DNA from: an uncultured Gemmatimonadales bacterium
GTDB lineage: Bacteria > Gemmatimonadota > Gemmatimonadetes > JACCXV01 > JAHWKZ01
DNA: 64,000 bases
Assembly (NCBI GenBank): GCA_964619975.1
Contig: CAZUIY010000327.1
Coordinates: 1,706-65,705 of the forward strand
Direction of reading: 5' to 3'
Below the pieces are notes generated by a model. That model did no database searches. It saw nothing but the letters and a program-made list of their open reading frames with translations, and was not told where the DNA came from. The position numbers and the translations under genes were made by a program. This document shows, one piece after another, positions 1 through 9,229 of the stretch. Each line of letters opens with the position of its first letter. Position 1 is the first letter of the stretch.

Positions 1-3000
1 TGATCGGCCAGCCACTTGTCGCGGGGAGACATTCTCTCCCCATCCTTGACCACCGTGGCCTTTTCGCCCGCAGGCTCGCTGTTGGTTGTCATCACCAGCG
101 CAGAACCAAGATGCTTGAGCCTGATTGGCTCCAGCCAGGCAGGCCTTTCGGGATCGTTCAACGGATTCGGATATCGCGCCAACGGCTCGCGACCGACCGC
201 AGCACGAGACGCCCCGATCAGCCACCTCTCGTACTCATGACGCTCGTCGCGCGTCGCATCCTTGTGCGTGCGTACCACGTCCCGGATGTCGTTGATGATC
301 TCCGACCAGTCCTGGTAGTAGGCAGTCTCGGCCTCCCGGTCTACCGGTCGCTGGCGACCCTCCAGGGAATCGTCGCGCTTCGCCGTGTCGAGATCCTGTT
401 TCCGCTCATAAAAATCGTCCATCGACTGGCTGTAGTCCTGCCGCAACTGGAACCCTCGAAAGAGATCGAAGTAGTTCCCGTCGAATGCCCGGCGGTAGAT
501 CCCACCCGAAATGTCGTCCACTAGCCATTCAATCTTGGCCGGCGACACATCAATGCCGATGGATCTCAACCACCCGGCAACCGTGCGAGACGCCTCCAGC
601 GTGCGTCTTGTGTATTGGTTTCTCGGGCTTGCATCCTCCAGGGCCTCCGGGATGATTGGCGTGCCCTTGAAGAAATCCTCGTTAGCCAGCAACTGAGCAG
701 CCTGCGAGATCCCGGCGGGGAGCAGGTTTGGCGTGCTGCTACGAGCCATATGGTCAACCCACTGGTCCAGTGCCTCCGGATTGTTCTCGGCAATCTGGTC
801 GGCCATCGCCTGCACGCCAGCACTGATCGTGTACCCCCACTCGAAGGGGCGCGGGACACGCAGCCACGGCTTGCCCTCGTCGTCAGCAAGCGTCCAGTAT
901 CCGTACCGCAGCCATGTCGGGGATTCCTTGTACCAGTCGTCATCCTTGACGCTGAGCCACCATGCCAACGTTGCGCCGGCCAGCGCCGCCGCGCGCCACA
1001 TCGTTACCGCAGGCTGATCGCGAATCGTTCGGAAACCCTTGTCCAGGCCTTCGAGCCCCGCATTCAGGAACGGAACCATGCGGTTCATCGCCCGCATGTT
1101 CGTGCCCATCCGCTTGAAGTTGGTCGTCACGTCGTTGGCAGCATTGATGGCCTCGACCATCACCCGCCTGGGCGGCTTCTGCCCGCGTTCCACCATCGAT
1201 CGCAACTGATCAACGGTGTAGTACTTCATCAACACTGCCCGATATTCGGCCAGCCGGGGTCCAACCTCGGACGTGGAAAACGCCTCGCGCATGCTGTCCA
1301 GCGTTGAGTTGAAAAGGTTCCCGACAACACGCCGCGGGAGCCCCCAGCTTGCACCCTTGAGGGAGATCGGTTGCCAGACGATCCCGAGATACCGTCGAGC
1401 GATCCCGCTCTTGAGCATCGACTGTGCCGTGCGGATAGTACTCTGGTAGTCCAGTCCGACAAGATTGGCCAATGGGCCGCCGGACGCCTCCCACAGCTTC
1501 ACGATGGGATCAGACTTTGCCGCCTCCCCGCCGTGGAACTCGCGGACCTTGGCCCACACGTAGGACAGCATCGTGCGCGGAATGTCCACGATGCTGCGGA
1601 TGCCCTTGGCCTCCTTGCGCTGCATCAGGAACACGCCAACGTCGCGCACCATGTTTCTTGCGCCGAACGCAGGGTTGATCCCGGTTCGGCCGAGGCGCAT
1701 CAATCCCGCCAGTTGGCCAATCATTTCGATGACCGGACCACCCTTGTACGGAGCAATAGCCTCGACAGCCTCGAACAGTGAAGGCTCGCGGATCTCGAAC
1801 ACGCGACGATTGCCAGAGGCGTCAATCCGCTGGACGTACATCTTGTCGCCAGCCTTCCACTGCGGGCGCCAGATGGTGACCAACTGCTCCAATTGCTGCG
1901 GCGTCAGCGTGTCGAATGCCTGCGGGTCAACGCCGGCCGATTCCAGTTGTGCCCGAAGCTCGCCGACCGATGCGGTTGTCACGTTGAATGACGGGTCGGC
2001 AGGCATGATCCACCCGCCAAGCCCGCCTACCGACTCGGCCGTGTCGATGATCTGGTTCCAGATGATCTGTCGCTGTGCTGACTGGTAGAAGCCAACCGTG
2101 CGATTGATCGTGGCCTGTAGCGGATCAATGACTTGCAGACCAGAGCCACCCTCCGTTCGCCTACGAACGGGAGACTTGGGACGGATCGCGCCAGCGCCAC
2201 CGAGAATCGGAGCCTTCTCCTTCACGCGCTGGAGCGGGAGGTATGTGTCCCACGCCTGCTTCATGGCGACCGCCGAGTCGGCCGTCAACAAGCCGGCATC
2301 AACAGCCATGTCCAGCAAGGCGTTGTTGTGGTCCGTCAGCGCCTGCGCCGCGACCTCGAACCTGTCCAGTTTTTCGGGCGACAGGTTCATCCCGTTGTTC
2401 GTGAAGATGAAGTCGGCATCGGCCAGCGACATGCCCGGATTGTAGGCACCGCCGGACTTCTCGATGGCCTCTTTGGAATGCCGCGCCCACGCCCACACGG
2501 ACCAGTCATCGTACTCCTTGGGGGCGATTTCACCCATCGCCTTCGCCAGCGGAGTCCCGTTCACTCGCACTGGCTGGTCGCCCAGCGTGAACACACCGTT
2601 GAAAATCGCGTCCTCGGCATACTTCGGCGCCGTCTGGTTGAAGGCATCGTAAATCTCCTTGATGCCCTCTCCGACCGATGGCGAGTGTCCGCTGCGAGCC
2701 GCTGCACTCTCGAACGTCTGGATCGGGAAGCCAGCATCCTTGACGACGCGGTATGCTTCACGCATCCGCTCGCCCATGCGACTCGCGACCGTCTCCGCGA
2801 CCGGCGGCTTAGATCCAATCGGCTTGAGATTGGCCTTCAACTGGGCCTCGCGCCCCTGCGCCCGCCAGCCATCGACGTATGCCTTGGCGCGACCAAGACG
2901 CACCGCCCAGTCGCCATTCTGAGTCAACCACTCGTTGAAATGCTGCTCCCAGGCAGAAATGTCGATGCTTCCGTAGTCCTCGCCCATCCACCACATGCGG

Positions 3001-5906
3001 ACATACTCGGCAAACCCCTCGCGGGAGTTCTGACGGCCAGCGTCATAATCCAGAAGGCCAATCTGGCGCAGCGCCAACATCGGGGCACTTGTGATGGCAT
3101 CCGTGGTGTTCTCGATGTGGTGAGCAACCTCGTGCGCCGTGGATCCGATGTCGCCCGCCCACTTGGTGCGAGCAACATGCCGCGTGCGGTCGTATTGCCC
3201 GAGAGCTGCCTTGGCTGCCAGCCGGCGCTCCTCCTGGACGGGAATGCCAACCGCCTGCTCGAGGTAGCGGACCACCTCGTGGTTGCTGCGCGGAACACGC
3301 GGAGGCCGAACCTGACTGACAACGGGGTCGACCGCAGGAACAGACGGAATCCTGAATGACATCCCCAGCGGCTGCTGTTCCTCCATGCGGAACGACAGAT
3401 TGCCTGTGGCGTCAGGCAGGGTCGTCTCCCGAACAACGACCGTTCGAGCATCCGGATCAACAGACGCCACCTCGAACGAGACGCCACTGCCGATCAACAC
3501 CTCGTTTGGGTCGCCGCCCGCAACCACTCGCCCGATGTCGCCAATGAAGGCAGCGCGGCTGATCGGACCCTCAATCCGAATCGTTGTAACGCCGGGTCGC
3601 GCGCCAGACGGTGGCTTCTTGAGAGAAGCGGATCGCGTGCCGACCCCGGACAACACCGTCCCTTCGGTCGCCTCCAGCAGGCGGTCGGCATAGTCACCAA
3701 TGACGGTCCGGTAGATAGTGTCTTGGTCGTAGTTGCCCGACCGGCTGTCAATCAGTTGCTCGATCAGCTCGCCCTTGCGGACCAGATCCTCGTCAAACGC
3801 CTCGCCGCGCTGCGCGGCAGAGATTGCGTCAGACTCCGTGATGTATTCGATGATTGCAGCCGATGTATCGGGGTCGCCGACAATCTGCTGAACCTCAGTT
3901 GGAGCAGATTCCCGCCTGGCTGCCTCTTGGCCCGAGATGGCATCCGCTGCCTCGACGAACATGTCTCCACGCCCAGCCCTGAACGGGATTTCCTCAGCGA
4001 TCGTATTCGGCGCGAGATCTTCGTCGGCCAGTTGCTCCATGCCGAAATCGAGAAACTGTTGATCCAGTTCCGCGTCGTCCGGCAACCGCTGCGCATGATC
4101 GACAAACTCATACCCGGCGTCATTCAAGACGCGCCGGGCAAACACTCCGGGATCTTCCCCGACGTGCCGGGCGGCGTTGTAGATGATCTCGGCCAGGTTC
4201 TTGCCGTCAGGCCCCGCCTCGGCCAGTCGCTTGTCGATCTCTTGCTTGCGGGCTGGCGAATAGTCGGTCCCGTCAATCAGCGCATCCCGAACACTGCTCG
4301 GATCCACAGACTCCAGTTGAGAAAGGTTGGCCCACACCCATGTGTCGCGGCGGACGCGACCGGGAGTAGATGAATCAACCATGCGCCGACGACCCACGTC
4401 TGCGTCCCGCCGCATCACTTCGCGGCGCAACAGACGGTGAAGCTCGTCGCGGCTGTCGGCGTCCCACTGGCCATCCACCACGCCGGACAGTTGATCTTCC
4501 GTCAACTGCTCCGCATCGGCGAGTTGTCGGGCGGCTTGCGGGTTGTCGCCAACAAATGATCGAACAGATGCCTCGTCAGGCGCTGTCAGGATGCGCCCCC
4601 GAACCTCGAGTTCCTGCTGGCCCTCCGGCGTCACGTCGGCAGGGCTGGATTCGCCATCTTCCCACGGGGACTTGGTAAGCTCTCCCTCCTGCTGGCGCTG
4701 AATCCACTGGCGATACCGATCCAATGGGCTCGTTGCCAAGCTCTTGATCTGCTCTGCCGTCTCCCCATTCGGGCGAGCAGTGGCAATGTGCCCGGGCAGC
4801 AGCAGGAACATCGACACCCCGACCGCCTTCTCTGCCGTCTTGACGAAGTTGTCGGCGAACTCCCTGGCGTCGAACTGCTGGTCTTCCAGGTCGCGTGTTT
4901 TGTCGTAGATGAACTTGGCTGCCTCCCGCGTCAGATACTGCGCCAGTTCCTCTGCCGACTCCAGCCCGACGGCCCCGGTGTAGTTAGCAACCCATCCAGC
5001 CGCCTTCTGGTACAGGGAGCGCTTGAGGCCGCCAAGCGCAGCCTGCGGTCCCTTCAGCAGCATCGTTTGCGCGTGCTCGATGCTGCCGGTGATGGGGGAT
5101 GTGACCAGGGACCACAGCCGAGCCTGCTTCTTGTTCATCCCGAACTGCTCGAACTCGCGCTGCGCGTCCGGCATTTCCCGCACTGTCCAATAGGCAATCC
5201 CTCCTGCCGGCCCACCAGCGGCCGTTGCGCCAACGCCAGCCACCAGATCCGGCAACATAGCGACCGCGCCGTTGAAGCTATCCGTCAGCCAGTCGCCCGA
5301 TTCCAGCGTGTCCGCCGACCGTCGCATCCTGTTGGCCAGTCGGTAGAACTCATGCGCAGGATCATCCTCCTGCCACATCCTTGACAGATCCTCGAAGGCC
5401 TCGGTCATCTGCACCGCGCCGCGCAAGAGACCTTCCCCGGTCGCCTGCCATCCCTCCCGCTTGTAGTGCCCGCTGGACAGGACATTTCCCAAAGACGACC
5501 GGAACGTTTGCCGTTCAAGCGGCGTCATCCCCTTGAGGACATCTTCGAGCAAGAACGCGCCACGCTCGCCATCGGCAAACCTGCGCGCAAGCGCGTGCAT
5601 TTGCGATTGCTCAGCCAGCGCCGCAGATGTTCTCTCGCTGTCCAGCGCCGACAACGGGAACCGGGTCTTGATGTCGGCCAAGGCCGTCGTGGTATCGTAT
5701 TCCCCCGCCTTGCCCGGGTTCACCATCCCGTAGCGGCCGGCTTCCTCCATCGCCTTCTGCATGGCTGCTCGACTGTGGACAACTCTGGCTTGCCGGAACT
5801 CGTTGCTCCGCTTGTCATCATCGGCAGTTGTAAAGCCAACCTGGCGAGCCAGTTGCGTTGTCTCGCCCAGCAGTTCCGTAAGTGTTGGCTCGGGCAGTTC
5901 AGGCAT
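1..5906 (-). CDS. Giant virion-associated (internal/ejection-type) protein with HExxH zincin-like motif; C-terminus lies beyond the window start
   Basis: Absent from ORF track because no stop occurs in-window. Manual reverse translation from ATG 5906 (MPELPEPTLTELLGETTQLARQ...) stays open to nt 1 (at least 1968 codons) with GC-rich third positions. All tracked ORFs here lie in other frames and are Arg/Ala-rich. HEVAH at 3120-3134. Last gene of the virion operon. Confidence 0.8.
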   Translation of the reverse strand, partial: MPELPEPTLTELLGETTQLARQVGFTTADDDKRSNEFRQARVVHSRAAMQKAMEEAGRYGMVNPGKAGEYDTTTALADIKTRFPLSALDSERTSAALAEQSQMHALARRFADGERGAFLLEDVLKGMTPLERQTFRSSLGNVLSSGHYKREGWQATGEGLLRGAVQMTEAFEDLSRMWQEDDPAHEFYRLANRMRRSADTLESGDWLTDSFNGAVAMLPDLVAGVGATAAGGPAGGIAYWTVREMPDAQREFEQFGMNKKQARLWSLVTSPITGSIEHAQTMLLKGPQAALGGLKRSLYQKAAGWVANYTGAVGLESAEELAQYLTREAAKFIYDKTRDLEDQQFDAREFADNFVKTAEKAVGVSMFLLLPGHIATARPNGETAEQIKSLATSPLDRYRQWIQRQQEGELTKSPWEDGESSPADVTPEGQQELEVRGRILTAPDEASVRSFVGDNPQAARQLADAEQLTEDQLSGVVDGQWDADSRDELHRLLRREVMRRDADVGRRRMVDSSTPGRVRRDTWVWANLSQLESVDPSSVRDALIDGTDYSPARKQEIDKRLAEAGPDGKNLAEIIYNAARHVGEDPGVFARRVLNDAGYEFVDHAQRLPDDAELDQQFLDFGMEQLADEDLAPNTIAEEIPFRAGRGDMFVEAADAISGQEAARRESAPTEVQQIVGDPDTSAAIIEYITESDAISAAQRGEAFDEDLVRKGELIEQLIDSRSGNYDQDTIYRTVIGDYADRLLEATEGTVLSGVGTRSASLKKPPSGARPGVTTIRIEGPISRAAFIGDIGRVVAGGDPNEVLIGSGVSFEVASVDPDARTVVVRETTLPDATGNLSFRMEEQQPLGMSFRIPSVPAVDPVVSQVRPPRVPRSNHEVVRYLEQAVGIPVQEERRLAAKAALGQYDRTRHVARTKWAGDIGSTAHEVAHHIENTTDAITSAPMLALRQIGLLDYDAGRQNSREGFAEYVRMWWMGEDYGSIDISAWEQHFNEWLTQNGDWAVRLGRAKAYVDGWRAQGREAQLKANLKPIGSKPPVAETVASRMGERMREAYRVVKDAGFPIQTFESAAARSGHSPSVGEGIKEIYDAFNQTAPKYAEDAIFNGVFTLGDQPVRVNGTPLAKAMGEIAPKEYDDWSVWAWARHSKEAIEKSGGAYNPGMSLADADFIFTNNGMNLSPEKLDRFEVAAQALTDHNNALLDMAVDAGLLTADSAVAMKQAWDTYLPLQRVKEKAPILGGAGAIRPKSPVRRRTEGGSGLQVIDPLQATINRTVGFYQSAQRQIIWNQIIDTAESVGGLGGWIMPADPSFNVTTASVGELRAQLESAGVDPQAFDTLTPQQLEQLVTIWRPQWKAGDKMYVQRIDASGNRRVFEIREPSLFEAVEAIAPYKGGPVIEMIGQLAGLMRLGRTGINPAFGARNMVRDVGVFLMQRKEAKGIRSIVDIPRTMLSYVWAKVREFHGGEAAKSDPIVKLWEASGGPLANLVGLDYQSTIRTAQSMLKSGIARRYLGIVWQPISLKGASWGLPRRVVGNLFNSTLDSMREAFSTSEVGPRLAEYRAVLMKYYTVDQLRSMVERGQKPPRRVMVEAINAANDVTTNFKRMGTNMRAMNRMVPFLNAGLEGLDKGFRTIRDQPAVTMWRAAALAGATLAWWLSVKDDDWYKESPTWLRYGYWTLADDEGKPWLRVPRPFEWGYTISAGVQAMADQIAENNPEALDQWVDHMARSSTPNLLPAGISQAAQLLANEDFFKGTPIIPEALEDASPRNQYTRRTLEASRTVAGWLRSIGIDVSPAKIEWLVDDISGGIYRRAFDGNYFDLFRGFQLRQDYSQSMDDFYERKQDLDTAKRDDSLEGRQRPVDREAETAYYQDWSEIINDIRDVVRTHKDATRDERHEYERWLIGASRAAVGREPLARYPNPLNDPERPAWLEPIRLKHLGSALVMTTNSEPAGEKATVVKDGERMSPRDKWLAD

Positions 5907-5917
5907 TGGAGTCCACA

Positions 5918-6142
5918 ATGAGCAAGTTTCTTGACGACCTTGGCTACCAGGACACACACGAGGGAACGAGCGATGTCCTCAACCCTCTGTGGTTCATCGT
6001 TGGTGTGTCGGCTATCGGGGGTGCGCTCCTCATGTCCCCCAGCCGCACAGCGCATCACCTAGGCACGTTTCTGTTTCTGCTCCTGTTCACAGTCGTGATT
6101 GGCATGGGGGTCGGCGCCATCGTTCGATGGCTCAGAAAATGA
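5918..6142 (+). CDS. Small two-TM membrane protein (74 aa) encoded antisense to the virion operon
   Basis: Internal Met of ORF 5882..6142. GGAG at 5908-5911 lies 6 nt before ATG 5918. Two hydrophobic helices (LWFIVGVSAIGGALLM, FLFLLLFTVVIGMGVGAIV). Fills the 225-nt gap between two minus-strand genes. About 70% GC3 by manual count. Confidence 0.6.
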   Translation: MSKFLDDLGYQDTHEGTSDVLNPLWFIVGVSAIGGALLMSPSRTAHHLGTFLFLLLFTVVIGMGVGAIVRWLRK

Positions 6143-8027
6143 ACGGATATTTCTTCTTGAGCTGTTCCATGATCTTGATGGCCTCCTTCGCACTGCTCTG
6201 GCCCCCGGACTTCATCAGCTCGTTGGCGCGGGCAATCTGCTCGCGCAGACCATCCCGGCTTGACTCGGGAACCATGGCAAGCGCCGGATTCTCGCCAGAT
6301 GCGCGAAGCCGCTTCATCTCGTCGTAGGTGTTCCTGTACCGCTCGTACTCGACCTCCCACTCCTTCTTGAAGTTTTCGGCCGTCAGCTCTCGCAAAGCCT
6401 TTCGCGCCTCCTCCAGCTTGACCTTGTTGCCCGTTTGCCGGGCCTGGTCCCGCATTCTTTCCAGCCGCTTGCGATCCTCCTGCCGGAGCTCGGTGACACG
6501 AATGGTTCTGTCGCCAACATCCGGGTGCATCTCGCGCCACTTGTGAATCGGCAGCGGCCCTTCTGATTCCTGAACGTGTTGCGCCATCTTGTCCGTCCAC
6601 ACCCGCTGAACCTCGCCCGGCGATGACTCAGGCGGGACCATAAGGCCTTGGGCGTTGATCTGGCTGTGGATAACTGCTCGGTCGGCAATGTCGGCACGCT
6701 CTGCTTGCGCTTGCGCACGCGCAGAAGATGTCCCTCGCTCAGCATCGTCTTGCGCAACGGCCGACGCTCCACCCGCAACCTCTTGGGCAACAGAGGCCCC
6801 AATGCCCGGGCCCGCGGCCGACGCAAGGCTTCTGCCCACGTCCTCGACAGCGCCCCGGGCAGCATCGAGGGCATTGGCATCGGCTGCTGACGCGCCCCCC
6901 GAGGGCTCTGGTGGAGCGTCGATAGCTTGCCGCAGCGAGCGGAGGTGGTCCTCTCCCAGCCGTCGCTGCTCCTCGGTCAGTTCGTCCGAGAATGGCGCGT
7001 TCTCTGCCTCGAACGCCATTCGTTGCTGACGAACAGCCGCGGCATCATCCGGAGACATGCCGGCTACCGTGGGGTCGAGCCACTCCGGAATCGGCTCGCC
7101 GCGCTTCATTGGCGATCCTTCCGGGAACGTGAGATCAGTTGGCTCCTTCGGTCGCTCGAGGAACTGCCCCTCGCTGTACTGGTCGAATGTGCGCCCGCTG
7201 CCATCGATCATCTTGCCGACCCGTTGGCCAAGATATTCGCCCTCCGGCTGCGGGCCCGACTCGAAGGCTTCGATCGCCGCACGCTTCTGGTTCATGTAGG
7301 CAAGGATCTGATCCTGCGACGGCATGTGGCTTGGATCAGAGCTTTGCGCCATCAACACTTCCCGCGCCTCGTCGTAGAGCTTGGCCGCGTCGATCTGCGT
7401 CCGCTGCTGATCCCGCCCGCGCATCAGGTCCGTGATCTTGATGTTGCCCTTCGCGTCCACCGCGAAGGCGTGCCCCGTCGGCGAAATCTCCATCTGGTCC
7501 CGCTTGGCCCGCTCGATCGGCGACGGCTCCTGCGGTGCGTCAAGGTAGGTCTGCTTCTCGGCCTCCTTCTGCTCCCGCATCTGGCGCTTCTCGTCCGGCC
7601 GCAGGATCGTCGAGCGGTTGATCGTGTCGATCTCGCGCTGGATCTTCTGCAACTGACGGCTCACATGCTGCGGGTAGCGCGGTGTCGGCGGAGCCGCCTG
7701 CTGCATCGCGGACTGCTGCGCAGCCACCAACTCGGCCTGCTCGCGCACCACCCGGTCCTGGTCGAGCTGATGCGCCCTGCCGAACCCACGCTGCTGCTGC
7801 TCGGCGTAGTCCCGCGCGGTCTGCTGCTCGTCCTGCCGGGCCCGCAGCGCATTCATCTGCTGGGCAAGCCCCGTGGACATCTGCGCGCCGGCAATCGCCG
7901 CCTGCTGGTTCAACTGCCGCCAACGCTGCGCCGCTGCCACATCGTGACGACGACGGTCCTCCATCCCGGCCGTGAACCCGGCCTGCGCGTATGCCGCGAC
8001 AGGATCATAGCTTACGCCAATTGGCAT
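6132..8027 (-). CDS. Virion protein, 631 aa, Gln/Arg/Glu-rich coiled-coil N-terminal half (possible internal/ejection protein)
   Basis: ORF track 6132..8027. GGGGAG SD before ATG 8027. Sits in the virion operon between the tail genes and the giant protein. Confidence 0.75.
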   Translation of the reverse strand: MPIGVSYDPVAAYAQAGFTAGMEDRRRHDVAAAQRWRQLNQQAAIAGAQMSTGLAQQMNALRARQDEQQTARDYAEQQQRGFGRAHQLDQDRVVREQAELVAAQQSAMQQAAPPTPRYPQHVSRQLQKIQREIDTINRSTILRPDEKRQMREQKEAEKQTYLDAPQEPSPIERAKRDQMEISPTGHAFAVDAKGNIKITDLMRGRDQQRTQIDAAKLYDEAREVLMAQSSDPSHMPSQDQILAYMNQKRAAIEAFESGPQPEGEYLGQRVGKMIDGSGRTFDQYSEGQFLERPKEPTDLTFPEGSPMKRGEPIPEWLDPTVAGMSPDDAAAVRQQRMAFEAENAPFSDELTEEQRRLGEDHLRSLRQAIDAPPEPSGGASAADANALDAARGAVEDVGRSLASAAGPGIGASVAQEVAGGASAVAQDDAERGTSSARAQAQAERADIADRAVIHSQINAQGLMVPPESSPGEVQRVWTDKMAQHVQESEGPLPIHKWREMHPDVGDRTIRVTELRQEDRKRLERMRDQARQTGNKVKLEEARKALRELTAENFKKEWEVEYERYRNTYDEMKRLRASGENPALAMVPESSRDGLREQIARANELMKSGGQSSAKEAIKIMEQLKKKYPFIF

Positions 8028-8038
8028 CGCTCACTCCC

Positions 8039-8662
8039 CTAGAAGCCGGGCTTGTACCATCCGTACAGAGGATGGCGATTGTAGCCAGCGTTGATCATTT
8101 CCCCGGCGTTGCTCTGGCCCTGTCCGTACTGCTGGCCCATCTGCGCAATCTGGCCCGGGTCCGGGAATCCGTCGTTGCGGCGCTCCATGAAGTCCAGCAT
8201 CTGCTTGCTGAACTCGCCGGCCAATCCCAGCTTCTGCTGCGCCAGCGACGCCTCAAGCCGGTTCTGCGCCGACGTGCGCTCGCGCAGGTTGCCGGTGGCT
8301 GCCGACTGACGCACGGTCGTGTTGCCGAGGCCGCGGCTGTTCAGGTCGGCGTACTGCCCTTGAAGGTGCTCATCGAACTGCCGCGTCAGATCCTGCCGCT
8401 GGTTGCCGGCGAGCTTGTCCAGTTCGCCGACGGCCGTGCGGTACCGGTCCTGGTAGCCACCGAGAATGTCTCCGTAGCGTTGCTCGTTGGCCTGCCGGGC
8501 AGCCTCCCACGCGCGACCAGCAGACTGCATCGGCCCGCCGCGGGTGTTGTACGGGTTGTAGCTGGACGAGTAGGTGCGGTTCGGCACGTTCCACCGGCTG
8601 AATACGCCACCACGCGCCGAGGCCGACGTGTCGTACAGGTTGCTGGTTCCCCATCCGGGCAT
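8039..8662 (-). CDS. Virion-module protein, 207 aa, Gln/Asn/Gly-rich
   Basis: ORF track. Compact spacing with neighbours. Non-shadow composition. Confidence 0.7.
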   Translation of the reverse strand: MPGWGTSNLYDTSASARGGVFSRWNVPNRTYSSSYNPYNTRGGPMQSAGRAWEAARQANEQRYGDILGGYQDRYRTAVGELDKLAGNQRQDLTRQFDEHLQGQYADLNSRGLGNTTVRQSAATGNLRERTSAQNRLEASLAQQKLGLAGEFSKQMLDFMERRNDGFPDPGQIAQMGQQYGQGQSNAGEMINAGYNRHPLYGWYKPGF

Positions 8663-8671
8663 GACGGCCTC

Positions 8672-9229
8672 CTACTGAATGACCCCGATCGTGTCGAGTT
8701 CGGTGCCAATCGACTCCACATAAGCACGAAGATTCTCGTAGGCCGTCCGCAGCGCGTTGACATCGGCCACGGTGGCGTACACCGTCCCGGCCTGTGCGTT
8801 GTCGATCCCGGTGTAGACACCGCTTTCGTCGTCCGCGCTGTAGCTGACCGTGGGCGGCGTGGCGCTGGCTCGAATCACCTCGCGGTCGCCGTAGAACAGG
8901 CTGGTGCTGCCAGACCCGCTGGCCGTGTTCGCCAGTTGGTGGTCGGTGTCGTCGCCCCCGAAGCGAATCGCAGTGCCGACGTAGAGCGTGTTGGTGCCGA
9001 CCGTGTACGTCAGTTCGGCTTCGGTAGTCAGCGTGTTGTCGCTGTCTCCGAACGGGATGTGCGTGGCCGTCACCAGCAGATTCGACTCGGCCAGCGACTC
9101 CACGATGTTCGTCAGGACATTCTTGACGGCGCCCCAATTCCTGTAGTTCGGGCGCGCATCTTGCGGACGTGTCTCGCAAGGGTTGATCGCCTGCAACAGG
9201 TCGTCGATGATTGCCTGGGTAACCGTCAT
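8672..9229 (-). CDS. Putative tail fibre/appendage protein (185 aa)
   Basis: Internal start MTVTQAIIDDLL at 9229 overlaps the stop of the upstream gene (ATGA). Thr/Gly/Ser-rich beta-type sequence directly after the large tail protein. Confidence 0.55.
   Translation of the reverse strand: MTVTQAIIDDLLQAINPCETRPQDARPNYRNWGAVKNVLTNIVESLAESNLLVTATHIPFGDSDNTLTTEAELTYTVGTNTLYVGTAIRFGGDDTDHQLANTASGSGSTSLFYGDREVIRASATPPTVSYSADDESGVYTGIDNAQAGTVYATVADVNALRTAYENLRAYVESIGTELDTIGVIQ

Noticed and set aside
2133-3359. 408-aa plus-strand ORF, and similar ones at 111..524, 615..1307, 1573..2088, 3723..4373, 4788..5384 and 5466..5921
   Set aside because: Arg/Leu/Ala-rich nonsense composition. They lie antisense to a continuous, well-behaved minus-strand frame, the giant virion gene. 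They are typical high-GC shadow ORFs.
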